Positions 41,965 to 50,965 of a DNA stretch of 64,000 nucleotides are shown here, piece by piece (the first letter of the stretch is position 1; every line of letters starts with the position of its first letter). This DNA is from an uncultured Alteromonadaceae bacterium (GTDB lineage Bacteria; Pseudomonadota; Gammaproteobacteria; Enterobacterales; Alteromonadaceae). The notes under the pieces were generated by a model that had not been told where the DNA came from, made no database searches, and worked only from the letters and a program-made list of their open reading frames with translations. The stretch is from contig CANMXU010000015.1 of the NCBI GenBank assembly GCA_947501935.1, positions 33,872 through 97,871 of the forward strand, read 5' to 3'. The translations under genes were made by a program, and so were the position numbers.

Positions 41965-43350
41965 TTAGCTTAAAGGTAACTCTATGGTAACGGTTAAACC
42001 TTTGTCATCATTATTTTTTGCAGAAATTGTCCCTTGATGAGCAACAACGGCTTGTTTGGCAATGGCCAAACCTAAGCCCGTGCCGCCGGTTCTTCTATCT
42101 CGAGCATCAGCAACTCGGTAAAAAGCCTCAAATAATTGGCTAACATTTTTCTCAGGTACGCCAGGGCCTGCATCTGAAACAACAATCGTTAAGCTATTAT
42201 TTTGCTCGGCAACAACACATGAAATGGTACTATTTTCGGGGCTATATTTAATCGCATTAGTGACAACATTATTAATTGCGCTGGTGATCAGTAGTACATC
42301 AACCATTAAGTTAACTTTAAGATCCATCGTTAACTTAATAGTTATCCCTTTGCCATCAGCTTCAAATTGAGCATCTTGAATAATAGGCTCAATTAAATCG
42401 TCAAGATTTATACTTTCTAAATTAAGTGAATATAATGAATTCTCTAGTTTTGATAATGATAATACATTGGCGATCATTTGATCGAGACGTTCTACTTCGG
42501 TCTCACAACGTACTAAGTATTTAGCAAGGTCTTCAGGCTTAGCAGATGATTTTTGCGCTAAACCCAAAGCTAATTGCAACCGAGTCATCGGCGAGCGTAA
42601 CTCATGAGAAACATCTGCAATTAAGCGTTGTTGTGCCGACATACTGGTTTGCAACTTAGCCGCCATTTGATTAAAACTTCTGGCTAAACTTCCTAATTCG
42701 TCACTTCTTTCTGCGGTTTCTTCCACTCGAATCGCGAGGTTACCATCACCTAGCCCAGTCGCTGCATTTTGAATTCGGTGTAGCGGTTTTGTTAATGACC
42801 TTGCCAAGAACCAGCATAAAATAAAACTAATCACCATAGGAACCGAAAACTTCAACCAAATGGGTAGTTTGAAAAATAACCGGTCAAAACTTGGCGGTGG
42901 TGAACGGTCGGCATAAAAAAGTTGATATTGACGTTTGTTAAGTAAAACCACTTTAGGTCCGGTAATACGGCCACTATCTATGCGAATAGTAGTCATTTCA
43001 CCGTCAAAGTCATTTTCAGCAATATAATTGGCTAAAGGAGAAACTCCTTCCCGCTGATTGGTGATCACTTCATTTGAGCGAATGTCTTTAATAATAATAG
43101 AGTTACCCCAGCGCCGAGGAGCAAACATAATAAAGCGCTTAATGTTCTTTGGTTGAGCTTTAACCAGTTGTACCGATATTTGCGAAAGCATATTGGCATC
43201 ACCTTTATGAAAAGGTGCGCGTTTGTCTGGCTTATAAAGTTGATGGGTAACAAAGCCTGAAGCAATTACCGAAATAATAGTGATCAGCCAAAACCATAAA
43301 AAAAGTTTAACATTTATCGACATTAATCTTGAGAGAAAGACTTTCGCCAT
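41965..43350 (-). CDS. cpxA: Envelope-stress sensor histidine kinase CpxA
   Basis: 461 aa with two TM helices, HAMP and H-box DVSHELRSPMTRLQLALGL. Start overlaps the cpxR stop (TAATG). Confidence 0.88.
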   Translation of the reverse strand: MAKVFLSRLMSINVKLFLWFWLITIISVIASGFVTHQLYKPDKRAPFHKGDANMLSQISVQLVKAQPKNIKRFIMFAPRRWGNSIIIKDIRSNEVITNQREGVSPLANYIAENDFDGEMTTIRIDSGRITGPKVVLLNKRQYQLFYADRSPPPSFDRLFFKLPIWLKFSVPMVISFILCWFLARSLTKPLHRIQNAATGLGDGNLAIRVEETAERSDELGSLARSFNQMAAKLQTSMSAQQRLIADVSHELRSPMTRLQLALGLAQKSSAKPEDLAKYLVRCETEVERLDQMIANVLSLSKLENSLYSLNLESINLDDLIEPIIQDAQFEADGKGITIKLTMDLKVNLMVDVLLITSAINNVVTNAIKYSPENSTISCVVAEQNNSLTIVVSDAGPGVPEKNVSQLFEAFYRVADARDRRTGGTGLGLAIAKQAVVAHQGTISAKNNDDKGLTVTIELPLS

Positions 43351-44048
43351 TAGACATCCCCAGAAAGGAAAATATACCCCGCACCGCGGATAGTTTTAAA
43401 CTTATCACTTGGACTTAATGGTAATAATTTTCGACGAATATTACTAATATGCATATCAATACTGCGATCAAAAGCAGTTAGCTTTCGCCCTAACACTTCT
43501 TCAGATAACAGCTCTTTAGTCACTATTTGTCCTGATTTCGACATTAGGACATGCAACAACTGGTATTCAGTGCCGGTTAACTCCACTGCTTGCTCGTGAC
43601 AAGTTACTTCACGGGTAGAATGGTTTAAGGAAACATGATTGACCAATACAATAGGTGACTCTTCTTTGTCGTGCTTAACAATGTCAATACGGCGTAATAT
43701 CGCTTTAATGCGTGCTAATAATTCACGATGCTGGAAAGGTTTCGCTAAATAGTCATCAGCACCTAATTCCAGCCCCAAAATTCTATCGGTTTCATCACCA
43801 CGTGCCGTTAACATTAAAATAGGCGTTTTGTGATGGCCGCCAAGCGCTTTTAAGACTTCAAAGCCATTAAGCTCAGGCATCATCACATCAAGCAAAATAA
43901 GGTCAATATCATCGTTATATGCGCTTTCCAACCCTGATAAACCATCAAAACATGCGCTCACCTGAAAACCTTCACTGACAAGGTACTCAGTTAAAAGTTC
44001 GACTAACTCATGATCGTCGTCGATCAACAATATGTGCTGCTGTTTCAT
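43350..44048 (-). CDS. cpxR: Response regulator CpxR (OmpR family)
   Basis: 232 aa: ILLIDDD...LLDVMMP..., wHTH output domain. Upstream of cpxA and divergent from cpxP. Confidence 0.9.
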   Translation of the reverse strand: MKQQHILLIDDDHELVELLTEYLVSEGFQVSACFDGLSGLESAYNDDIDLILLDVMMPELNGFEVLKALGGHHKTPILMLTARGDETDRILGLELGADDYLAKPFQHRELLARIKAILRRIDIVKHDKEESPIVLVNHVSLNHSTREVTCHEQAVELTGTEYQLLHVLMSKSGQIVTKELLSEEVLGRKLTAFDRSIDMHISNIRRKLLPLSPSDKFKTIRGAGYIFLSGDV

Positions 44049-44208
44049 ATGGTTAATTCCTTAATATAAAGCGCTTAGGTGTACTATTAACTCTATCATA
44101 AGGGATGCTTATTTGTATGGAGAATTATTTACACAAGCTTTACACTGCTTTGCGTTTCTTTGCGTAATTTTCTCTATAGTAATATCAAGCCAATGAAGTA
44201 TTGCTCAG

Positions 44209-44223
44209 GTAAACTTTTATAAA
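44209..44223 (+). promoter_or_regulatory. Candidate CpxR box in the cpxP-cpxR intergenic region
   Basis: GTAAA-CTTTT-ATAAA compared with the E. coli consensus GTAAA-N5-GTAAA. Lies about 90 nt upstream of the cpxP ATG. Confidence 0.4.
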
Positions 44224-44310
44224 TTGGCATGTATTTGTAGCCATTAAGTTCTTCCCCCCTAAAGTAACTTAATGGTATTTGAAATTTATTTGTTTATGAG
44301 GAACAACAAA

Positions 44311-44805
44311 ATGACGACAATGAAAAGAATGAAGCTAAAGCCACTATTGGTTGCACTATCTGCTAGTGCGATCTTGTTAACATCAACCGTTTCTTTAGCA
44401 AAAGATGGCGACCATCAACATCACAGAGGTGGTCATGCTAGCCATCAAAAACATGCTTCTGGCCATGACTTAAAACGCATGACTAAATTTTTACAATTAA
44501 CTGACCAACAGCAACAACAAATTAAAGATATTTTTGCCCAAGTAAAGCTTAATCGTGAAGCAAACAAAGATAGCCATCAAGCGTCTAAAAAATCTTTTCA
44601 TGAAAGCATGAATACCATTCTAAACGCTGAAACATTTGATGAAGGTGCCTTTATTGATTTACACAATCAAAAACAAGCAGAGCTCCTTGAAGCTGCTTTA
44701 ACCAAAGCCAAAACTCAACATGCGATGCTACAAGTTTTAGATGATGAGCAAAAGCTTAAATGGCAAAAAATGAAGCGCAAAGCGAAGCACAAAGGTAAAC
44801 ACTAA
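44311..44805 (+). CDS. cpxP: Periplasmic CpxP/Spy family protein
   Basis: Signal peptide (MTTMKRMKLKPLLVALSASAILLTSTVSLA), His-rich stretch and LTXXQ motif (LQLTDQQQQQI). Divergent from cpxRA. Start chosen at the ATG preceded by GAGGA. Confidence 0.8.
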   Translation: MTTMKRMKLKPLLVALSASAILLTSTVSLAKDGDHQHHRGGHASHQKHASGHDLKRMTKFLQLTDQQQQQIKDIFAQVKLNREANKDSHQASKKSFHESMNTILNAETFDEGAFIDLHNQKQAELLEAALTKAKTQHAMLQVLDDEQKLKWQKMKRKAKHKGKH

Positions 44806-44850
44806 GTTCACCTACCTCTTAAAACTTGCTATTTATTCAATTTATTTTGT

Positions 44851-44890
44851 AAAAAAGCCACTAACTCAAAGTTGAATTAGTGGCTTTTTA
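44851..44890 (+). terminator. Rho-independent terminator after cpxP
   Basis: AAAAAA-GCCACTAA...TTAGTGGC-TTTTT. Confidence 0.75.
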
Positions 44891-44893
44891 TAT

Positions 44894-44932
44894 CAGTTCA
44901 GTTCAGTTCAGTTCAGTTCAGTTCAGTTCAGT
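44894..44932. repeat. Pentanucleotide microsatellite (CAGTT), 7 full copies plus CAGT
   Basis: A perfect tandem run lies between the cpxP terminator and the stop codon of the convergent BlaR1-like gene. Confidence 0.95.
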
Positions 44933-44945
44933 GAAAAAATAAAAC

Positions 44946-46880
44946 TTAATGCATCAAGCTAAATGAAAATATTTTAGACATTTTGCTACTAACTGCTCGT
45001 CCATTTTCTTTGGCTGGGGTGAAACGCCACTTTTGCATGGCATTTTTAACTGAACTTTTAAAATAACTAATTTTGTTTTTGCGCTCAAAAGAAATGTTTT
45101 GTACACGGCCATCAGCGTCGATTGTAAAGTTAACGAGCATATCTAACTCAATACCACGGCGTTTAGCCGATGACGGATATTTAGGATCTGCTGACTTTAA
45201 CAACTTAGCCTTGGTGAATACCACCGATGAGGTTTTCGCTGCTATAAAAGTATTATCTTCTACCAGCATGGGTGAAGACTTTGGATAAGCTTGAGCTGTT
45301 AATGTTTGTTCAGTTGATGATGCTATAACATCGTATTCAACGGCTACAGGCTTGGTTAAATTTGCTAATTGTTCATTATACGGGTTAGCGAGTTTTGATG
45401 ACGCCGATGAAGAATCAGTACGTTCAAATGCAGACTCTATGGCAGTTTTTTCTTGCTTAACCAATAACGTTTTTTCAACCTTTGATTGCTGCGCAGTTAC
45501 TTCTAATTCAATATTGGCTTTAGACGTACCAGATTTAAATACCGGCTCATTAACAAGCACCGCCTGATTGGTGGTAGCCGATGGAGTTACGGGTTCAAAA
45601 GTCTCTTTAACAGTAATTTTATCTGGAAATTCTATCGGCTCAACTTGAGTTATTTTAGTTTCAGCTAACGGCTGCTTACTTGTTTCATTTGCAATTAACT
45701 GCAGCGGAGTTTCTTCATTAAGAACTGGCTGTTCTTGTATCAATAAGCTTTGGGCAATGCTGGTTTGTGTTAATGGCGCAGCTTGTTCATTATGCAAATA
45801 TTGAGGTTTGGCTGTTAGCGGTTTAAATGAAAATTGACCTGAGCTAAAGTCGATCATCGGGAAATTAACAAACTGACTCAGCGCGATGATGCTTACAGAT
45901 AAAATAATCAGTATTGAAGTTAACCACTTGCCCAAATGATTTTCAGCAATGCAATGGTGATGATCAACTAAGCGTAAAACCCTTTGCTTTAAGTCGCCGC
46001 CCGATGCCGCCATCGCGAAAGAAGGAATAGTTAAGCTACGATGCTTTTTACAGTGGCTAGCCGTATCTGCCAAAGTATGTGCATAAGCTACCGGATCACC
46101 GCAATGATGCACGGCAATATCGTCACTGCAATATTCTCGTTCATTACGCATTTTCTTGGCGATCCAATGTACCGCTGGATGAAAAAAGAATAAAGTTTCT
46201 ACTAAGGTTTGCAGAAAATTCACTAAGTAATCATGACGGCGAATATGCGCTAGTTCATGTAACATCAGCATATCTAACTGAGCTGGTGTTAACCCTGAAA
46301 GCATACTAGCTGGAATAATAACTACTGGTTTTAACCAACCAATTGCCATTGGCACTTTAACTTTTAATGAAATAAGCAACCTAGGTGTTTTTTTCATCTC
46401 AAGTTGTTCGGTTAATTCGATAAAACGACTGTACAGCTTTTCGCTAGTCGGCACGATAGCTTGCTTGGGTAATTGATGAACAGAAAATAACTCGATTAAA
46501 AGCTTAGCAACTAAAAGGCAAACAATAGCTAACCAAGACAAACTAATATAAGGAGAGAATTCGAGTAAATTATGAGACCAAGCACTGTTAATATTTTGAG
46601 ATAAACCCAGCACAGACGCTTCGTTGGCAAGAAACTCAAGCGGATTCATTTTTGGTAATGAACTCGGCTGATAGATAAGAGCAAAGGTTATAATTGGTAA
46701 TAACAGGTTAGCTAACATGGCAAACGATGCCGATAAATATCTCGCCTGCGACTTTTGATGAGGAATAAAAGATAAAACGCCTTTTAATATCAGCGCAACA
46801 GCACAACCTTGCCATAAAAAATGTAGCAAAGTTAGCGTTAAGCTATACCAAAATGGGTTATTTAAAAAATTATCCAGCAT
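44946..46880 (-). CDS. BlaR1/MecR1-type M56 peptidase sensor fused to a C-terminal TonB_C domain
   Basis: 644 aa with TM helices, zinc motif HELAHIRRHD, a long low-complexity linker and a TonB C-terminal-like end (PKYPSSAKRRGIELDMLVNFTIDADGRVQNISF). Confidence 0.85.
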   Translation of the reverse strand: MLDNFLNNPFWYSLTLTLLHFLWQGCAVALILKGVLSFIPHQKSQARYLSASFAMLANLLLPIITFALIYQPSSLPKMNPLEFLANEASVLGLSQNINSAWSHNLLEFSPYISLSWLAIVCLLVAKLLIELFSVHQLPKQAIVPTSEKLYSRFIELTEQLEMKKTPRLLISLKVKVPMAIGWLKPVVIIPASMLSGLTPAQLDMLMLHELAHIRRHDYLVNFLQTLVETLFFFHPAVHWIAKKMRNEREYCSDDIAVHHCGDPVAYAHTLADTASHCKKHRSLTIPSFAMAASGGDLKQRVLRLVDHHHCIAENHLGKWLTSILIILSVSIIALSQFVNFPMIDFSSGQFSFKPLTAKPQYLHNEQAAPLTQTSIAQSLLIQEQPVLNEETPLQLIANETSKQPLAETKITQVEPIEFPDKITVKETFEPVTPSATTNQAVLVNEPVFKSGTSKANIELEVTAQQSKVEKTLLVKQEKTAIESAFERTDSSSASSKLANPYNEQLANLTKPVAVEYDVIASSTEQTLTAQAYPKSSPMLVEDNTFIAAKTSSVVFTKAKLLKSADPKYPSSAKRRGIELDMLVNFTIDADGRVQNISFERKNKISYFKSSVKNAMQKWRFTPAKENGRAVSSKMSKIFSFSLMH

Positions 46881-46899
46881 TGCCGTTCAGCAGTGGCGA

Positions 46900-47286
46900 T
46901 TAAGCCTGCTGTTCCAGTTTATTCAACAATTGGCGAATATCTTCAATTTCTTTTTTACTGGTTGAGTCGCCAATAGCGCGCATTACCAATTTAGAAGTTG
47001 AACCACCAAAGGCTTTCATGGCCAAATCTTTTAATAATGAAGATTGAGTAAACACTTCACTATTAGCGGGACTATATACATGGGCACGATTGGTTTCGTC
47101 ACGAGTGACAAGTGACTTATCATGCATAATTTGTAATATTTTTAATACCGTTGTGTAACCGGTATGTTGCGTTTCACTAACCGCATCATGTATTTGTCTA
47201 ACTGTAGAGGGGCCTATTTTCCATAGGACATTCAATAAAGACAATTCAGCTTCAGTGGGTTTGAGCCTCGAACGTTCACGAGCCAT
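46900..47286 (-). CDS. BlaI/MecI/CopY family transcriptional repressor
   Basis: wHTH LSLLNVLWKIGPSTVRQIHDAV...GYTTVLKILQIMHDKSLVTRD. Start placed at the ATG at 47286 (MARERSRLKPTEAE). Confidence 0.88.
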   Translation of the reverse strand: MARERSRLKPTEAELSLLNVLWKIGPSTVRQIHDAVSETQHTGYTTVLKILQIMHDKSLVTRDETNRAHVYSPANSEVFTQSSLLKDLAMKAFGGSTSKLVMRAIGDSTSKKEIEDIRQLLNKLEQQA

Positions 47287-47309
47287 GGGTAATTCCTTCA
47301 AAATGCACA

Positions 47310-47344
47310 TAACTAACGACAAGCTAGTTAAGAAAACTTAGTTA
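47310..47344. promoter_or_regulatory. Candidate operator upstream of the BlaI-like gene
   Basis: TAACTA-N9-TAGTTA dyad plus a third TAGTTA copy 8 nt further on, 24-58 nt upstream of the ATG. Confidence 0.3.
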
Positions 47345-47463
47345 CGAATAACATCGTATCTTGTGTAGATAAAATGAGCAACATTTTATTACCTTTCCAA
47401 TTACAATATCAAACAATTTTAACTCTTCCTTGAACATATCTTCATCACTAATAACGATGACAT

Positions 47464-47504
47464 AAAATAAAAATACCGCCAATAGTTGTTACTAATAGCG
47501 GTAT
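47464..47504 (-). terminator. Rho-independent terminator after the 910-aa secreted phosphoesterase gene
   Basis: Minus strand: ATACCGC-loop-GCGGTAT followed by TTTTTATTTT. Confidence 0.7.
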
Positions 47505-47532
47505 TAAACTTAAGTCAATTCACTTTAGTCTT

Positions 47533-50265
47533 TTAGTTTGCAACGACTGTTATATCATCAATATAACTTGTGCCTAAAATACCGTATGCGTATATAAGTG
47601 CAGAAGTATCAGTAGCACCAGTGGTAAAACTAACTTCTTGAGTTACATAGGTGCTACTCGTTGTTCTTTTAACAACTTTTGCGCCACCATAATTATTCGC
47701 ATAAAGGCCAACTTTACCGGTAGTTTTAACTTTTGCACTAAAGGTATAAGTTGTATTTGGCGTTAAACCAGTAATGGTTGCTTTAATATCACCTCCTTCA
47801 GCAATTTCACCGGCAAAGCTACCACTATTAGCATTACCACTTTCACGGCTAGCTAAGTAGTATTCCCAGAAAGTGTCGGTTTCAAAGCCACCATTTTCAA
47901 CAATTTCACTAGGGCCCGGATCAACTACCGTAGCATCAGCACTAATGCTTACATTATCAACAAAGGCTTTTTCAGCATTTCGGTTACCATTAGTAGCAAA
48001 TTGCACAATCACTTGTGCTTGATCATTAGCTGCTGCTGGTAAAGTAAAGCTTTTACTCGCCCAAGCTGTATCTTGTGTTACTTCTAGGGTAGTCCAAGTT
48101 GAACCGTCAACTGACCATTGTACGGTTAAGTTTTCACTATCAACAAAACCTATAGTAGTACGGTCATAGCTAATGTTTACGTTCTCATAACCTGTTGTTG
48201 AAAGGGTTTTGCTTAACACCGCACCATTTTTAACTCGTGCACCGTAAGTACCGCCATTTGAAGCTGCTGTAGCAATTTCAGTTACGCCGCTACCTTCGTT
48301 TGTCCAACCGCCAGCAGTTAAAGTGCCGCTTTCAAAGTCATCATTGAATAGCTCACCCGTACCCGGAGTACCGCCACCACATGCACTATCATCAAGGTCA
48401 AGTACAAGTTTTGATGCTGGACCATTTTCACGGTCGTTCATATCAAAACCGTTAGTAGTAGAATCAGATGAAATAACCACACCATTATTATCGCCGCCAT
48501 CAACCCAGCTTTGCACAACAGCAAGACCTGCTGATGAGATAGTAATTGAACGACTACCTACTGTTTCAGGAATAAATGAAGACATTAATACATCTTGATG
48601 AGCCGCACCAGAAACACTGTTCCATGTAGCATCACCTTCAGTCCAGCTAAATGCACCAGAATGGACATTATAAGAACCGGTCGAGTTATTAGTTACTTCC
48701 ACTTCGATGCTCGCCGCAGTAACAATATTACAGCTATCAACACTGCTTACATCCCAAGCAATTAAAGTATTTAAGTCGCCATATGTACTATCGCCAATAT
48801 CAGCCAATAGCTGATCGGCGTGATCATCAAAGTTTTGACCTGACAAGGTTTCAGAAATATAAGTATCGGCCGCTGCATCTAATTCAACATCGCCTGATGG
48901 TGTAGTACCACCACCGCCGCCAGAGCTACCATCTCCTTCACCAATAATGGATAAACCACTACCACTATGGGTTAAGGTCATCACTTCACCAATACCTTGC
49001 GCGCTCCACCAGTTAATACCTGTTGGTAATACTGTTGTATCTGCAGCACGTTGAGCGGCGGTGATAGTACTTGCACCTGCATCAAATTGAGCGGTGCGCA
49101 TTTCTACAGAATCTGGCGAGACCGTAATAATTTTAAACTGCTGAATACTGGCCGCATCTAAAGTCCAGTCATAACTTTTATTTGCTGAACGAGCATTAGC
49201 GCCCCAGCTACCTTCACCGGCAAAAACAGTACCACCGCTGGTGGTAACTACATAACTACTGCCGCTCGGTTTAACTGCTTCTGTAATTTTATTAAGATGA
49301 GTATCAGACTCAATTGCCAAGTTCATCGCATTGTCATAAAAAGTATCTGCCCACCAAGAAAATAATTGTGGATTTTCATCTTTACTAGCTAAATGCGGAA
49401 AAAATGGTTTGTGGTATTGGGCAAAACGCCAGCTAACACTTGAACCGTTAGCTTCCATATCACTCTTTAACCAGTTTTTCTGTTCGGTTCCTTCAGTAGA
49501 CCAGCCACTTTCTTGGTATTGCGAGTTCAAAGTATAAACACGTAAAAGTGAGCCTACGTTAAAAGCACCGTAAGTATCATCGGTAGTACAGTTGCCATCA
49601 CCATCAAAATCTACACCAAAAACACGACATAAAGTTTTGTAGTCGTCATCTTCATGGTTACCAAGGGTTGGCACTAACGGGTATACACGACTATATGCAA
49701 TACCGTCGATGGTATCAGCCGAGTATGTCACTTTAAAATCTTCAAAATACTGCTTCATTTGTGAAGTATTATTAGCATCGGTAAAGTCACCACCATGCAT
49801 AATAAATAATGGACGAATCTTAGCTAACAGTTGGTTACCTAAACGGCGAGTGTCCCAGCCTGAACGGGTATCACCACCAGCAAGCATAACAAAAGGTGTA
49901 TCGTCATCAGGAGCGGTTTTAAACCATAAACGCTCACCACAATTACCGTCTTCACAAACACGATAATATACCGGTGAATTAGCAGGTAACCCGGTTAAAC
50001 GAACAAAGTGACTTTTTAATGAGCCGTCAAATGTTTCAGTATTAGCCACTTGAGCATCTTGCCAGTTACTTTCGTTAGTGGTGAAACCATAAGTGACATA
50101 GGTATCTTTTGAGCCACTCGTTTGTGAATAAGCAATTACCGCATTTTGTGATGGGTCTGAATCCCAAGTTACACGATGGTAATCAATAGTTGCACTTGCT
50201 GAACCAGCAGCTGTTGCGAGCGCTAAGGCAAGCATGCTTCGGCCAAAAGGTAGTCGTTTCATCAT
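47533..50265 (-). CDS. Secreted multidomain protein: PAP-type N-terminal beta-sandwich + calcineurin-like metallophosphoesterase + DNRLRE-type domain + beta-sandwich module + CBM4_9-like module
   Basis: 910 aa with signal peptide (..AAGSASA-T). MPE motifs GGDTRSG, HGGDFTD, GNHEDDD, QYHKP, ESDTH. DNRLRE-like block (AADTYISE...WTEGDATWNS...MNDRENGPASKLVLD). C-terminal ENGGFE...TPNTTYTFSAKVKTTG. Confidence 0.85.
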   Translation of the reverse strand: MMKRLPFGRSMLALALATAAGSASATIDYHRVTWDSDPSQNAVIAYSQTSGSKDTYVTYGFTTNESNWQDAQVANTETFDGSLKSHFVRLTGLPANSPVYYRVCEDGNCGERLWFKTAPDDDTPFVMLAGGDTRSGWDTRRLGNQLLAKIRPLFIMHGGDFTDANNTSQMKQYFEDFKVTYSADTIDGIAYSRVYPLVPTLGNHEDDDYKTLCRVFGVDFDGDGNCTTDDTYGAFNVGSLLRVYTLNSQYQESGWSTEGTEQKNWLKSDMEANGSSVSWRFAQYHKPFFPHLASKDENPQLFSWWADTFYDNAMNLAIESDTHLNKITEAVKPSGSSYVVTTSGGTVFAGEGSWGANARSANKSYDWTLDAASIQQFKIITVSPDSVEMRTAQFDAGASTITAAQRAADTTVLPTGINWWSAQGIGEVMTLTHSGSGLSIIGEGDGSSGGGGGTTPSGDVELDAAADTYISETLSGQNFDDHADQLLADIGDSTYGDLNTLIAWDVSSVDSCNIVTAASIEVEVTNNSTGSYNVHSGAFSWTEGDATWNSVSGAAHQDVLMSSFIPETVGSRSITISSAGLAVVQSWVDGGDNNGVVISSDSTTNGFDMNDRENGPASKLVLDLDDSACGGGTPGTGELFNDDFESGTLTAGGWTNEGSGVTEIATAASNGGTYGARVKNGAVLSKTLSTTGYENVNISYDRTTIGFVDSENLTVQWSVDGSTWTTLEVTQDTAWASKSFTLPAAANDQAQVIVQFATNGNRNAEKAFVDNVSISADATVVDPGPSEIVENGGFETDTFWEYYLASRESGNANSGSFAGEIAEGGDIKATITGLTPNTTYTFSAKVKTTGKVGLYANNYGGAKVVKRTTSSTYVTQEVSFTTGATDTSALIYAYGILGTSYIDDITVVAN

Positions 50266-50892
50266 TGTTGTTCTCTCTTGTTATTTTTTATTATATAGAT
50301 ACGCTATTGAGCGCTTTTTTTGATACTGAAAGTTCATGCGATATCAATAGTTAGTCACTACTGTATCCCACAGATTACCAGGAGGTTTTCAAAGTGAAGT
50401 GTTCACGCTAATTTACCCAACAGCGCTATTTTCATTTGATTATTGTGATTCTTTTTCTGATTTGACAACACGGCTATTACTTCAAATAATACTCAGTTAA
50501 AAGTTGGCATTATTGAAATACTCTTTCCTTAGGAGGTGACAATTACCCCGTCACCTTTTTCATACATATCCACAAAACAACCGGATTGATTTATCTTTAG
50601 AGCTTTACTGAATAAAAATTTAAGCTACATATCAAAAACTTAAAAGCAAAGTACTAAGAATACACAAATAAACCTCAGCCCACTAAGTACAATCCTTAGC
50701 ATTTCATGGACACTTTCAAGGTAAATGTAAATAGCTTACATATCAAGATAAATAATACATATGTACAAACAAAATAGTATTTACCTGCCATTTAACAAGG
50801 AAATAAATTACCATTATTTTGTACACAAAAATCAGTTTAATCTTAAAATACCAACACCATTGAACACTTAATATTGAAATAAAATTAGTCAT

Positions 50893-50914
50893 AAAAAAGG
50901 CCTCAATTGAGGCC
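50893..50914 (-). terminator. Rho-independent terminator after the 720-aa paralog
   Basis: Minus strand: GGCCTC-AATT-GAGGCC followed by TTTTTT. Confidence 0.75.
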
Positions 50915-50965
50915 CTTTATTATGGTGTTATTATTAATCCATTAATAATAACGTAGTTGAAGAAA

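Noticed and set aside
44128-44143. Second CpxR box TTTAC-ACAAGC-TTTAC
   Set aside because: The spacer is 6 nt rather than the 5 nt of the consensus, so I did not call it. It could still be a weak site.
50394-50411. Five-codon mini-ORF (GTG AAG TGT TCA CGC TAA) behind AGGAGG as a leader peptide
   Set aside because: It is too short to judge and lies on the strand opposite both flanking genes. I kept it only as a detail of the spacer finding.
50266-50892. Pho box upstream of the secreted phosphoesterase gene
   Set aside because: No tandem CTGTCAT-type 7-mers with 4-nt spacing were found. CTGTGGGATACAGTAG on the minus strand does not fit the consensus.
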